A stretch of 47,975 nucleotides of DNA from the IMG/VR virus record IMGVR_UViG_3300046779_002415, positions 1 through 47,975 of that record, one strand, 5' to 3'. This stretch comes from a virus (taxonomy: Duplodnaviria; Caudoviricetes). How positions within the stretch are numbered: position 1 is the stretch's first letter; every line of letters starts with the position of its first letter. The notes beneath the pieces are model-generated. The model saw only the letters and a program-made list of their open reading frames with translations. It searched no databases and was not told where the DNA came from. Shown in pieces: positions 1-10,530 of this stretch. The translations under genes and the position numbers were made by a program.

Positions 1-127
1 TTGCTGGTTAAATTTAATATAGGCTGTGATCTCGTTGCCTGTGTGAGACCCTTGGGTCGATAATTTATAGTATTGTTATTAGCATTGACCCAGATTTTAG
101 CATTCTCGAGTGCTGCACCAGCAGCAT
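1..127. repeat. Terminal direct repeat (identical to 47849..47975); circular-assembly overlap
   Basis: First 127 nt equal last 127 nt; an ORF reads in frame across the join. Confidence 0.95.
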
Positions 128-1007
128 CTTTAACTTCGAATCTTAAATCAGTGCTCCACTCAATGACGTTGTTATCGGTAGCACTGCCATTGGTGTTATA
201 CCAGTTCATGTTAGTGCCACGAGCGAAGTTTTTAAGTTTGACCCAGGCGCCGCCATAGACAACGATCTGAACTCCGGTGTAATAAGCAGCATTAACCATG
301 CTGATGTTGTAGCCATCGAGAACTACCTGTCCCACTGTGGTTAACGATGCTACATTAATCTCGGGACCATCGACATCTACAGGAGTGTAGCCCTTAACAC
401 TGGTCTGTGCTGCTCCGAAGTTAAACCATAAGCCAGATCTTGTAGCAGTGGCCTGTAGATCCAGCACTGGGTTACCGCTGTTGATACGCAGTCTTTTCTT
501 ATTAGTGCCGGTCAGTGATAAATCTGCATTGATAAATGCAAAGTCACCTTCGGTTCTTATTCTGTTGGCTCCGTCAGTATTGGCCGAGATTGACGACCAG
601 CCATTGGCATTAACGCGAATTTCACAGTTCTTAATAGTTAATCGTGCTTCGCTGTTGACATTGGCACTGGCTAATCTAATAGCACCATCAGGTGCCGTGA
701 CACCGGTGCCGCAGGTAATAATGCCCAGCACACCGCCCATTGCAGCACTGACGTTGTTGACTGTCTGTGTTCCGTCAAAGATCAGTGAGCCACCGGCATT
801 GATTACTATTCCATTGCCGCCGGTGTTTCTTAATACTGTGTTGTAGGGCACAGTGAATGTGCCGTTGATAGTTAGTTGGTTAGTGCCGAAGTCAGCAGTT
901 CTGATTCCGTTGGTAGTGGATACGGTAAATCCATTGCCACTTGCTGTAGGCACTGTAGTATCTGTGCCGGATTGTGTGATTGTAGTGCCTGATAGTGCGA
1001 ATGTCAT
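1..1007 (-). CDS. 5' part of a ~494-aa putative virion/adhesin protein crossing the circular junction (continues 47848..47371)
   Basis: ATG at 1007 after AGGAGA RBS (MTFALSGTTITQSGTDTT...); open to position 1 and in frame with ORF 47371..47811; T/N/G-rich. Missing from the ORF track. Confidence 0.85.
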   Translation of the reverse strand, partial: MTFALSGTTITQSGTDTTVPTASGNGFTVSTTNGIRTADFGTNQLTINGTFTVPYNTVLRNTGGNGIVINAGGSLIFDGTQTVNNVSAAMGGVLGIITCGTGVTAPDGAIRLASANVNSEARLTIKNCEIRVNANGWSSISANTDGANRIRTEGDFAFINADLSLTGTNKKRLRINSGNPVLDLQATATRSGLWFNFGAAQTSVKGYTPVDVDGPEINVASLTTVGQVVLDGYNISMVNAAYYTGVQIVVYGGAWVKLKNFARGTNMNWYNTNGSATDNNVIEWSTDLRFEVKDAAGAALENAKIWVNANNNTINYRPKGLTQATRSQPILNLTS

Positions 1008-1079
1008 TAAAATTTCTCCTGTGTGGTAGTGTGCTGGGAGTCAGCGCAGGCTGCAGGAGCAGCCTGACATCTACTCGAA

Positions 1080-1087
1080 TATTTATC
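1080..1087 (-). promoter_or_regulatory. T4-late-like promoter box GATAAATA
   Basis: Intergenic, upstream of ATG 1007; recurrent ATAAATA motif. Confidence 0.6.
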
Positions 1088-1095
1088 TGATCTCA

Positions 1096-4000
1096 TTAGA
1101 ACCCGATCAGTATTGTGCCATCAGTGAGTTCCCAACGACCCTGTGTATCGTTCCACCAGTATGTTGTCTCGGGTTCTCCGATCAATGATCCAGTGTAGGG
1201 TGTTCTTCCATTGACTACTGTGCCTTCAGTTAAGGTAAATCCTCCGGATAACAGAGCTCTGTTTCTGACGTCAGTGTCGAAGACCTTGATAAAGTCTGCT
1301 CCATCATATCTGTAAACGAAGTTGTCTGTATCCTGCACTACTGTGAGGCCTATGAAATAATCCGTTAACTTAAGTGCTGTGCCCTGTGGTGTTACCTCAT
1401 AGACGGCATTGAAGTGTGCCATGGGAATAGCAGCCTCGGAAGTTAGCATAGGTGCTATTGTTGCTGCCACCTGCTGGACACTCATTCCTACATAGGCTGT
1501 AGTATCGATAAATGCTACCTTGTAGACCTGATGTCTGTCAATACCTGATAGTGTTGCTACTTCAGTGTCCAGTGCGGTGACATTGCCTTCGAGAGTAGTG
1601 ACATTACCTCGGAGTGTTGTGACATTACCCTGTAGAGTTGTGACGTTTGCTGCTGTATTTGCGGCAGTTGCGGTCAACGATACAACGTTACCCTGTAGAG
1701 TTGTGACGTTTGCTGCTGTATTTGCGGCAGTTGAGGTCAATGATACTACGTTACCTTGTAGTGTAGTGACATTGGCTGCTGTATTTGCGGCAGTTGATGT
1801 CAATGATACAACGTTACCTTGTAGTGTAGTGACATTGGCTGCTGTATTTGCGGCAGTTGATGTCAATGATACAACGTTACCTTGTAGTGTAGTCACATTC
1901 GCTGCTGTATTTGCGGCAGTTGATGTCAATGATACAACATTACCTTCGAGAGTAGTGACATTACCTCGGAGTGTTGTGACGTTACCCTGTAGTGTGGTGA
2001 TGTTACCTTCGATAGCAGTGATCGTTGGACTTACTATGGCGTTAGCGAATACTGTATTCCAGTAGCGTGTTGTGCTACCGACATTACCGGTGAGGTTGGC
2101 TGAAGGTATCGCTGCTCCGGCACTTAATGTTCCTGTGGATACTGTGCCCAGTGCGCGAATATTACCGCCCAGGCTGGCATTACCCAGTTCCAGACCCCAA
2201 TCATTAAAGTATGCTTCGGAGTTGGCTGCACGAATAACTACGCTCTGTCCAGCACCGGTAGTCGAGGTAATAACACTGTTGCGAATATTAATATTACCAG
2301 CACCGATATTACCAGTGTATGCTACCAGATCTTCTGTGCTAATATACGCACTACCTGCATTGTTGCGAAGAGGCCACTGAGCATCATAGAATCTGGTTCC
2401 TTGTGTTCCGGCTACTGCTACTCCTGATATAGTAGTATGCGTGTATATTGCTGCTGCTTGAATAGTTCCTGCGAACGCTGCTGCGATAGTTGTAGTTGTA
2501 GCAGTGCTGCCTACCTGTCCTACACCAATCTGATTACCACCGAACCACTGGTTAACTCCGGTAACAAATGTTCCCTGCTTATTAGCAGTTATCTCTATTG
2601 CAGGATTTGCGGTCTCCCAGATATAAAGATTAATCTTTCTGTTGGTAGTTGCCGGTGACAACACTTCAATAAATGCAGTGTATGCAGTGCTGGGTTTTAC
2701 ACGACTGCTGACTGCTGGTGCTGTTACCTGTGCAGCATCACCGGCATAGACTTCGAGATATTCATTGCGAACACCCACTAATGTTCCGTTGAGTGATCCA
2801 CCGATTTCGAATATTACTCCGCGATCACCAGCCAGTGATGCTGGTGTAGTGAATCTTAAGTAGATAACACCGTTATCCTCGCGAGCAGTAGTCTCGATAG
2901 TATTGTTGTATGTGCCTACTACATTGTTACTGAATACTGCGGTAGCATTAGGATTTAATGTTATTCCTGTAGCACCGATATTGCGATATGTCAGACCCAG
3001 TTTCGAATAAGTGTCGGTTAGATCACCGATATCTGTGGGTATCGATGGTAGATTCTTATTAAGGAAACTACCAATGTTATTGATATTACCCTGTAGTACA
3101 GTGATATTGCTGGTATTGTTGGCTACTGTTGCAGTCAATGTTGTAATATTACTGCTGTTGTTAGCAGTAGCGGCAGTTAAGGCAACTACATTACCCTGTA
3201 GTGTTGTAATATTACTGCTGTTGTTAGCCAGTGTCGCAGCCAACGTAGTGACGTTACCTTGTAGTGTTGTAATATTACTGCTGTTGTTAGCAGTAGCAGC
3301 AGTTAAGGCAACTACATTACCCTGTAGTGTTGTAATATTACCTGCATTGTTGGCTGCTGTTGCTGTGACTGCTGTAACTGCTGTGTTGACTGCTGTGACA
3401 TTACTATTAATAGCATCACGTGTTGTAGCAATATTGCTGTAGATAGCAGTGGTATTAGTGTTGAGATTACTCTGCACATTACCAATTAAGGTAGTCAGTG
3501 TAGCACTTAAATTAGGATCATTGCCCAGTGCAGCGGCGATTTCGTTAAGTGTATCCAGTGTTGTTGGAGCACTTGCTACTAAATTTGCTACTGCGTTGGC
3601 TACACGCTGATTTGTGTAGGCTGTGGCATTGGCTTCTGCTACTACTATAGCATTACTCAGTGTGGTTATTGCCTGTGATAAGTTACTGTCAGTATTGGCT
3701 CTCAGTGTTGTAACGGCAGTAGTTAATGTCTGGGTATTAGTGTTCAATGCCGACTGCACATTAGCGACATTACTGTTGACTGATTCAATTGCTGTGCTTA
3801 AATTGCTATCTGTGTTGCTTCTTAATGTCGCAATCGCTGTGCTTAAGTTACTATCTGTATTGCTTCTTAAAGTCGCAATCGCTGTGCTTAATGTTGCAGT
3901 GTTGGTGTTCAATACCGACTGCACGTTAGCGACATTACTGTTGATGGCTGAGATCGCTGAGCTTAAGTTACTATCTGTGTTGCTTCTTAATGTCGCAATA

Positions 4001-7000
4001 GCAGTAGTCAATGTCTGGGTATTTGTTGTAAGTTCTGCTTGGACATTACCGACATTGCTGTTGACGGAATTGACCGCTGTGCTTAAATTGCTGTCGGTAT
4101 TGCTTCTTAATGTTGTGATTGCTGTGCTGAGATTAGCCTCGGTGTTGGCTATTGTATTACCCAGTGTTGAGACATTAGACTCGATCCAGGCTGTGATAAC
4201 TTCAGTGTTACTGTAACCCACTATGGAATTAGCAGTGATCTGATCTGCTGCTAAGTTTGTAGTAGTGATTGAGTTAGCGTTGATGACATTACCTGAGACT
4301 ACATCACCGGTCACGGTGGCCGAAGTCTGACTCCAGGTAACTTCGCGAGTCACTGCGTTGTAGTTCAATACTCCGCTGACATTGGCTAAACTCTGGGCAT
4401 CGTTGCTGATATCGCGTATGGGATCCAGATAGAATGAATTAGCCTGTGTAGTGTTGATCACTGAGTTGGCAACGATCTCCCAGGTATTGGCCTGGACATC
4501 AGTCTGAATCATTTGTGGTTCACGAGCCGAGATCACTACAGTGTGGTCGTGTTGATTTAGATAGCCTGCTCCCCAGCCAATAGCAACAGCAGCACGACCC
4601 TGATTAAGGTAGCCGGCGTCATTACCAATAGCCACCGCCGATTCGCCTTGCTGGACAGTACCGGCACTGCGACCAACTGCTACCGCGAACTTACCTTGAT
4701 GGTCACTACCTGTATCTCGACCCACGGCCACCGCTTCCTGGCCTTGACTGTCATTACCGGAGTTATTACCAATAGCTACCGCTGCCTGGCCCTGATTGGT
4801 TTTGGCTGAGCTACTGCCTACTGCCACAGCTAAGTACCCCTGGTTGATGTTACCAGCCTGTTCGCCTATGGCTATGGCGCCGGGTTGTTGGTCCAGATTA
4901 CCAGCCATCATACCAATAGCTATGGCTCGAACTCCCTGATTTATGGCTGTAGTGCCCAGTGCTACAGAGTTCATGGGCAGTCCATCCCCGCCCTGTTCTA
5001 CAGGCCAGATCTGGTCTGTATTACGAATACTTAATTGACTGCCGCCGAGGTTGATGGTCGTGCCGGTGACTGTTAAGTTTGTGGTAGTAGTATCTATTAA
5101 ATTGGCACTATTAGCAGTGACACTGTCTGTAACTACATTAGCGTTGAGTTCTGAAGTGAGGTTGGCAACCGCAGCAGCAGCATTACTCTCTACCGCAGTG
5201 ATTGCCGCGGTTAGTGTGTTGCTGAGTGTTGTGATATTAGTCTCAATAGCAGTAGTCAGTGTAGATTCCAGATTACTGATAGTGTTAGTCAGTGTCGCTG
5301 TAGTTGTGACAATATTTGCTTCTGCTGCGCCAATTAAAGTTGTCAGTGTAGTGCTGAGGTTAGCATCTGCACCCAGGGCCTGTGATATCTCATTGAGTGT
5401 ATCCAGTGCTGCTGGTGCGTTTGCTACTAAATTAGCTACTGCCTGTGCTACCAGGTTATCTGTGTAACCGACAGCATTACCTTCAGCAGTAGCAATCACT
5501 GTTCTTAATTCAGTGTCGAGGTTAGCGAGATTACTGTCGGTGTTGCTTCTTAATGTCGCAATAGCAGTAGTCAATGTCGCTGTATTGGCAGCAAGTTCTG
5601 CTGTGACATTAGCAACGTTACTGTTGACTGCTGATACTGCTGCTGATAAATTACTGTCTGTATTACTTCTTAATGTGGCAATGGCAGTAGTCAATGTCGC
5701 AGTGTTTGTGGTAAGTTCTGCTTGGACATTGGCGACATTGCTGTTGACTGCTGATACCGCAGTGCTTAAGTTGCTGTCTGTATTGCTTCTCAGTGTTGCA
5801 ATCGCAGTAGTTAAATTAGCAGTGTTAGCCGACAATTCCTGATCCAGTGCAGTGATGCTGGCTTCGATCGTCGCTACATTGCTGCGATTTCTGATCACTG
5901 AAGTCCAGGCTACATCAGTGCTGGCATCTGCTGCGAACACTGTCTCGGGTGTGCTGCGGAATTCAATGTCTGCTGCTGGAGTATGACTTACTACTACTGT
6001 TGTAGTATTAACTCCGCGATGATCTTCCACTGCTGCTACTGTTGCCGCTCCCTGACTATCTACTACACGAATAATTTTATAGAGAACTCTTAGTTCCTGT
6101 AGTGGCAATCCGCTGAGATCTAAATCAGTATACTGTGCTGCCTGTGCTTTGCTGAGATTGTCATACTGTTGTTGTCCATAAATTGAGAAGTATTTAACAG
6201 GACCAGCACTATTAGTAGCTACTATCCAGCGAACACTGTATCTACCGGTGCTGGTTGCGGCTAAACTCCAGACTCCAGCAGTGTTAAGATTGTATTGTGC
6301 AGTGCCGAAGTTATCGGTGGCTGTGCCTGCTGCCCAGACAGTTTCTCCACCTTGAGTTAAACGATAGTAGGGCTGATGTGTAATGACTCCACCGGGTAAA
6401 TTAAACTCGATGTCCTCGTCATACATTGTTCCGCTGGCCAACTGAATATTAGAGTCTGTGTAGTTGACTACATCGAATCCTGATGCTACTACTGTGCCGC
6501 GAGTTCTGTGTAGATACTCGTGTGTTTGCCAATCTAAGCTGGTTCCGTGACGCTCGTCTGCGAAGTATGTTGCCTGATTCAGTGGGTTAGCCCAGTATAC
6601 CAATGCAACCGGTGCCTGTGTTTCGAGATTAAATGCAGTAGTGCTGGCAGTCAATACTCCGGCGTTGTTGTAGTAGATGTAGTAGAGACCTGTGACAGCA
6701 GGAATGATCACTGACTCTGCGGTCTTGACATATTCTGTTCCCTGAACCCAGACGCTGAATTCAGTGCCTGTGGGGCTGATAGTGAACTGTCGCTGGCTGG
6801 AATCGAACGTGATCGTTGTCAATGTTCTCGCTGAGTCTGGGAATCCTGTAGGCTCATTAAGAGCAGCGAACTTATTGTTGATTGAGTCAATTGCGGTGCT
6901 TAAGTTGCTGTCTGTATTGCTTCTCAGTGTTGCGATATCTGTAGTCAACGTTGCGGTATTGGCTGCGAGTTCTGCCTGCACATTACCGACATTACTGTTG

Positions 7001-9993
7001 ATCTCAGTGACTGCTGTGCTTAAATTAGCAGCAGCATTACTTTCTGCTGTAGCAATCGCTGTAGTCAACGTTGCAGTATTGGCTGCGAGTTCCGCTTGGA
7101 CATTGGCAACATTACTGTTGACACTGTCAACTGCTGTCGTTAAGTTACTGTCTGTATTGGCTCTTAATGTCTCTACTGCTGTAGTCAATGTCGCTGTGTT
7201 TGTAGCGAGTTCTGCACTGACATTGGCAACGTTGCTATTGATCTCAGTGACCGCTGTGCTTAAATTGCTATCTGTATTGGCTCTTAATGTCTCTACCGCT
7301 GTGGTTAAATCACTGCTGACATTAGCGATATTGCTTTCTGCCGCTGCGATTAGATTTGTCAGTGTCACACTTAAATTAGCATCGTTGCCCAATGCTACAG
7401 CGATCTCGTTGAGTGTATCTAAAGTATTGGGTGCGCTGGCTACTAAATTAGCGATTGCTGTGCTGACTTGAGTGTCGGTGTAAGCAGCAGCATTGCTTTC
7501 TGCAGTCTCTATTGCTGTAGTCAATGTCGCTGTGTTTGTAGCGAGTTCTGCTTGTACATTAGCAACGTTACTATTGATCTCAGTGACTGCTGTGCTTAAG
7601 TTACTATCTGTATTGGCTCTTAAGGTATCTATCGCAGTAGTCAATGTCGCTGTGTTAGCCGACAATTCTGCACTGACATTGGCAACGTTACTGTTGATAC
7701 TATCTACCGCTGTCGTTAAGTTGCTATCTGTATTGGCTCTTAAGGTATCTATCGCAGTAGTCAATGTCGCTGTGTTTGTAGCGAGTTCTGCTTGGACATT
7801 AGCAACGTTACTATTGATACTATCTACCGCTGTCGTTAAGTTACTATCTGTATTGCTTCTTAATGTCTCTATTGCTGTAGTTAAGATAGCAGTATTGGTA
7901 GCGAGTTCTGCACTGACATTGGCAACGTTACTGTTGATACTATCTACAGCAGCACCGAGATTACTATCTGTGTCACTGCGTAGTGTGTCAATTGCTGTAG
8001 TCAACGTCGCTGTGTTAGCCGACAATTCTGCCTGCACATTGGCAACGTTACTATTGATTGCATCGACCGCGACGCTTAAATTACTATCTGTGTCGCTTCT
8101 TAATGTGCCAATTGCTGTAGTTAAGGTAGCAGTATTGGTAGCGAGTTCTGCACTGACATTGGCAACGTTACTATTGATTGCATCAACGGCTGCGGTTAAA
8201 TTGCTGTCTGTGTCGCTTCTTAATGTGTCAATTGCAGTGCTTAATGTGATCGTGTTGGCTGACAATTCTGCCTGCACATTGGCAACGTTACTATTGATGC
8301 TGTCGACTGCGGTGCTTAAATTGCTGTCTGTGTTGCTTCTCAGTGTGGTGATAGCATCAGTCAATGTGATTGTATTAGCAGTCAATTCTGCCTGCACGTT
8401 GGCGACATTACTATTGATCTCAGTGACTGCGGTGCTTAAATTGCTGTCTGTGTCACTGCGAAGTTGTGCCAGATTAGTGCTAAGGCTGGTAACTTCTGCA
8501 CTGAGGTTACTGTCGGTGTTGCTGCGTAGCATTATGACTTTATCGTCTAGATACTCAACTGCCTGGACTAAACCTTGGATATGCGCCAGAGTGCTGTCAG
8601 TGTAGTGTTCTCGGATAGCAGTCCCGGGATTGTAGACTTCTGAAGTTCCAGTGGCTTCGAATACCGCCCAGGCTGCGAAGAATTGTCCGTCAACTACTAC
8701 AAAACTACCTTCGATTCTCTCGCCCAGTCTGTAGTTAATACTATCATGATCGAAGGTATTGTTGGTAGTATCGTTCCAGATCTTAACTACTTGATCGTTG
8801 ATGATAAGATAGTTATCGATACCTGTTCTGGCACCGGTGACCCCCAGGACTCTACGCAGCACATACTTAAATCCAGTGCCGCCGCCATCGACTACAACGA
8901 GATCACCGACTTCCAGAGGGAAATTTAATCCCGTGACATCGAAGTTTGCTACTGCTGGGTCGCTGACCAGTTGATAGTTGCTGCCCTGTGTGACGGTAGC
9001 GGTGACATTAGCATCGATATCTACACCGCGAATATTACCAATAGTAGTAGTGGCAATATTACCATGTAGATTAGCACTGATGACATCTTGTGCGTTGAGT
9101 TGATTCCAGCGTTGTTCAGCGGTGCCGAGATTGTAAGCGGCATCATCATTGGGTATTAAGTTGCTGGTAAAGTCTGCGATAACGGTAACTGTGTCGACGT
9201 TCTGATTGCCGATAACTAAATTACCAGCCAGTGTGATGTCACCGGCGATATCTAAATTACCACCAATAGTCTGATTACCTGTTACTGCGATATTGCCAAA
9301 GGTAGCGTTAGTAGTAGTGAGTTGACCCACTGTTGCTGAGTTGACCTCGGCAGTATTACTGATGAGATCACCGATATTGGCTTGATTTAAATCGAATACT
9401 GCATTGGGCATTTCGACTGAGCCCAGTATTTTGACATTCGAACTCATGACCCAGGCATTTGCGCTGGCATCATAGTATTGTCTTACTCCGGTATTGCCTA
9501 CCAGGACACCAAGTCCATCGGATTCCTCGGCAGTGCTGGTTGACTCACCAATGACCAGTCCTTGTCCAGCGTGTATTTGTCCACGTGCCTTAAGTAGTCC
9601 CTGTGCATCCAGAGTTAAGGTAGTAGTATCTGCACTATTTGAGAATAGAGATACTTCGCCCTGAGGATTTAATGTCAGTGTGCTGTCGCCGGCGATTAAA
9701 TGATTTACCTGAACACCGGTAACAGATCTACCATTACCAATAAAGTTTTCAGCTGTTATGGTATTAGCTGCTGTGACTGTATTGACATTAAGATCATCGA
9801 TCTCGGTAGTAGGCATCTGTATGGTGCCGGTCTGAGCATTGAAGGTAAATCCTGTGACTCCGCCGAACTGTCCATTGTTGTTAAACTGAATGCTACCATA
9901 TTCGCCACCGGGTGGTGTCGGAGACATTCCTGCAGATCCGATGTTAACTTCGAACTGTCTGATGCTGCTTTCGATATTTGCTGTGATTGCCAT
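1096..9993 (-). CDS. Giant (2965 aa) tail fibre/adhesin with long coiled-coil repeats and YadA-head-like repeats
   Basis: 40-aa and 21-aa repeats; three copies of fibre motif APxxLDTLNEIxxALGxDxNL; 16-aa AVAIG repeats; PGG..IQFN..G.FGG motif near the N-terminus. Confidence 0.8.
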   Translation of the reverse strand: MAITANIESSIRQFEVNIGSAGMSPTPPGGEYGSIQFNNNGQFGGVTGFTFNAQTGTIQMPTTEIDDLNVNTVTAANTITAENFIGNGRSVTGVQVNHLIAGDSTLTLNPQGEVSLFSNSADTTTLTLDAQGLLKARGQIHAGQGLVIGESTSTAEESDGLGVLVGNTGVRQYYDASANAWVMSSNVKILGSVEMPNAVFDLNQANIGDLISNTAEVNSATVGQLTTTNATFGNIAVTGNQTIGGNLDIAGDITLAGNLVIGNQNVDTVTVIADFTSNLIPNDDAAYNLGTAEQRWNQLNAQDVISANLHGNIATTTIGNIRGVDIDANVTATVTQGSNYQLVSDPAVANFDVTGLNFPLEVGDLVVVDGGGTGFKYVLRRVLGVTGARTGIDNYLIINDQVVKIWNDTTNNTFDHDSINYRLGERIEGSFVVVDGQFFAAWAVFEATGTSEVYNPGTAIREHYTDSTLAHIQGLVQAVEYLDDKVIMLRSNTDSNLSAEVTSLSTNLAQLRSDTDSNLSTAVTEINSNVANVQAELTANTITLTDAITTLRSNTDSNLSTAVDSINSNVANVQAELSANTITLSTAIDTLRSDTDSNLTAAVDAINSNVANVSAELATNTATLTTAIGTLRSDTDSNLSVAVDAINSNVANVQAELSANTATLTTAIDTLRSDTDSNLGAAVDSINSNVANVSAELATNTAILTTAIETLRSNTDSNLTTAVDSINSNVANVQAELATNTATLTTAIDTLRANTDSNLTTAVDSINSNVANVSAELSANTATLTTAIDTLRANTDSNLSTAVTEINSNVANVQAELATNTATLTTAIETAESNAAAYTDTQVSTAIANLVASAPNTLDTLNEIAVALGNDANLSVTLTNLIAAAESNIANVSSDLTTAVETLRANTDSNLSTAVTEINSNVANVSAELATNTATLTTAVETLRANTDSNLTTAVDSVNSNVANVQAELAANTATLTTAIATAESNAAANLSTAVTEINSNVGNVQAELAANTATLTTDIATLRSNTDSNLSTAIDSINNKFAALNEPTGFPDSARTLTTITFDSSQRQFTISPTGTEFSVWVQGTEYVKTAESVIIPAVTGLYYIYYNNAGVLTASTTAFNLETQAPVALVYWANPLNQATYFADERHGTSLDWQTHEYLHRTRGTVVASGFDVVNYTDSNIQLASGTMYDEDIEFNLPGGVITHQPYYRLTQGGETVWAAGTATDNFGTAQYNLNTAGVWSLAATSTGRYSVRWIVATNSAGPVKYFSIYGQQQYDNLSKAQAAQYTDLDLSGLPLQELRVLYKIIRVVDSQGAATVAAVEDHRGVNTTTVVVSHTPAADIEFRSTPETVFAADASTDVAWTSVIRNRSNVATIEASITALDQELSANTANLTTAIATLRSNTDSNLSTAVSAVNSNVANVQAELTTNTATLTTAIATLRSNTDSNLSAAVSAVNSNVANVTAELAANTATLTTAIATLRSNTDSNLANLDTELRTVIATAEGNAVGYTDNLVAQAVANLVANAPAALDTLNEISQALGADANLSTTLTTLIGAAEANIVTTTATLTNTISNLESTLTTAIETNITTLSNTLTAAITAVESNAAAAVANLTSELNANVVTDSVTANSANLIDTTTTNLTVTGTTINLGGSQLSIRNTDQIWPVEQGGDGLPMNSVALGTTAINQGVRAIAIGMMAGNLDQQPGAIAIGEQAGNINQGYLAVAVGSSSAKTNQGQAAVAIGNNSGNDSQGQEAVAVGRDTGSDHQGKFAVAVGRSAGTVQQGESAVAIGNDAGYLNQGRAAVAIGWGAGYLNQHDHTVVISAREPQMIQTDVQANTWEIVANSVINTTQANSFYLDPIRDISNDAQSLANVSGVLNYNAVTREVTWSQTSATVTGDVVSGNVINANSITTTNLAADQITANSIVGYSNTEVITAWIESNVSTLGNTIANTEANLSTAITTLRSNTDSNLSTAVNSVNSNVGNVQAELTTNTQTLTTAIATLRSNTDSNLSSAISAINSNVANVQSVLNTNTATLSTAIATLRSNTDSNLSTAIATLRSNTDSNLSTAIESVNSNVANVQSALNTNTQTLTTAVTTLRANTDSNLSQAITTLSNAIVVAEANATAYTNQRVANAVANLVASAPTTLDTLNEIAAALGNDPNLSATLTTLIGNVQSNLNTNTTAIYSNIATTRDAINSNVTAVNTAVTAVTATAANNAGNITTLQGNVVALTAATANNSSNITTLQGNVTTLAATLANNSSNITTLQGNVVALTAATANNSSNITTLTATVANNTSNITVLQGNINNIGSFLNKNLPSIPTDIGDLTDTYSKLGLTYRNIGATGITLNPNATAVFSNNVVGTYNNTIETTAREDNGVIYLRFTTPASLAGDRGVIFEIGGSLNGTLVGVRNEYLEVYAGDAAQVTAPAVSSRVKPSTAYTAFIEVLSPATTNRKINLYIWETANPAIEITANKQGTFVTGVNQWFGGNQIGVGQVGSTATTTTIAAAFAGTIQAAAIYTHTTISGVAVAGTQGTRFYDAQWPLRNNAGSAYISTEDLVAYTGNIGAGNINIRNSVITSTTGAGQSVVIRAANSEAYFNDWGLELGNASLGGNIRALGTVSTGTLSAGAAIPSANLTGNVGSTTRYWNTVFANAIVSPTITAIEGNITTLQGNVTTLRGNVTTLEGNVVSLTSTAANTAANVTTLQGNVVSLTSTAANTAANVTTLQGNVVSLTSTAANTAANVTTLQGNVVSLTSTAANTAANVTTLQGNVVSLTATAANTAANVTTLQGNVTTLRGNVTTLEGNVTALDTEVATLSGIDRHQVYKVAFIDTTAYVGMSVQQVAATIAPMLTSEAAIPMAHFNAVYEVTPQGTALKLTDYFIGLTVVQDTDNFVYRYDGADFIKVFDTDVRNRALLSGGFTLTEGTVVNGRTPYTGSLIGEPETTYWWNDTQGRWELTDGTILIGF
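1600..2000 (-). repeat. 63-bp (21-aa) tandem repeats NVTTLQGNVVSLTSTAANTAA
   Basis: About five near-identical copies visible in DNA and protein; related copies near 3090..3350. Confidence 0.9.
4560..4960 (-). repeat. 16-aa YadA/Hep_Hag-like head repeats
   Basis: AIAIGMMAGNLDQQPG, AVAIGNNSGNDSQGQE, AVAVGRDTGSDHQGKF etc. Confidence 0.7.
6890..8530 (-). repeat. 120-bp (40-aa) tandem repeats LRSNTDSNLSTAVDSINSNVANVQAELSANTATLTTAIDT
   Basis: taaggtatctatcgcagtag recurs at 7621 and 7741 (120-bp period); more blocks at ~5510-5830 and ~3660-4140. Confidence 0.9.
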
Positions 9994-10008
9994 TATTGTT
10001 ATCCTCTC

Positions 10009-10518
10009 TTATGCTGCCACTGTGCTTGTTACAATACCATCACCTCTGACGATCAGCAGTATCGGTATTTTCTTTGTCTGTGCCGGTATGTATTCGGGAT
10101 TCTCCGGCAATCCCTGTGCTGGTAGTGTAGCACTAAAGTATCCTGTGTAAACCGGTGCTACTGCGTCATTGGGATTGATTACTACCTGATTGTAGAATGT
10201 GCTGTTAATCAACAATCTTATTCTTCCTGCTGCCGCATCATAGACTCGAACTTGATTGTCGAGATTTATTTCTCTGGCTCCGCCATATGTCCCCATGTCC
10301 TTGATCTCCAGACCCGAGTTGCGAGTATCTGTGATCGAGGTAGCACTGCGTCTTACCAATCTGAAATTAAATGTCCAGGCGGATAAGTCTACTGCGCCGG
10401 TATTGTCGCGAATAGTGACTTCCCAGTAGATATCTGATCCGTGTAGTAGTTCCTCGGCAATGATATCTGCCGATGTTCCCCCTACTTCCACTAATGTTGT
10501 TTTTGCGAATCGTGCCAT
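10009..10518 (-). CDS. Putative fibre adaptor (BppU N-terminal-like)
   Basis: VTIRDNTGAVDLSAWTF...DAAAGRIRL pattern; resembles 17276..17767; directly precedes the giant fibre. Confidence 0.55.
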   Translation of the reverse strand: MARFAKTTLVEVGGTSADIIAEELLHGSDIYWEVTIRDNTGAVDLSAWTFNFRLVRRSATSITDTRNSGLEIKDMGTYGGAREINLDNQVRVYDAAAGRIRLLINSTFYNQVVINPNDAVAPVYTGYFSATLPAQGLPENPEYIPAQTKKIPILLIVRGDGIVTSTVAA

Positions 10519-10530
10519 GTTATTGTTCCT

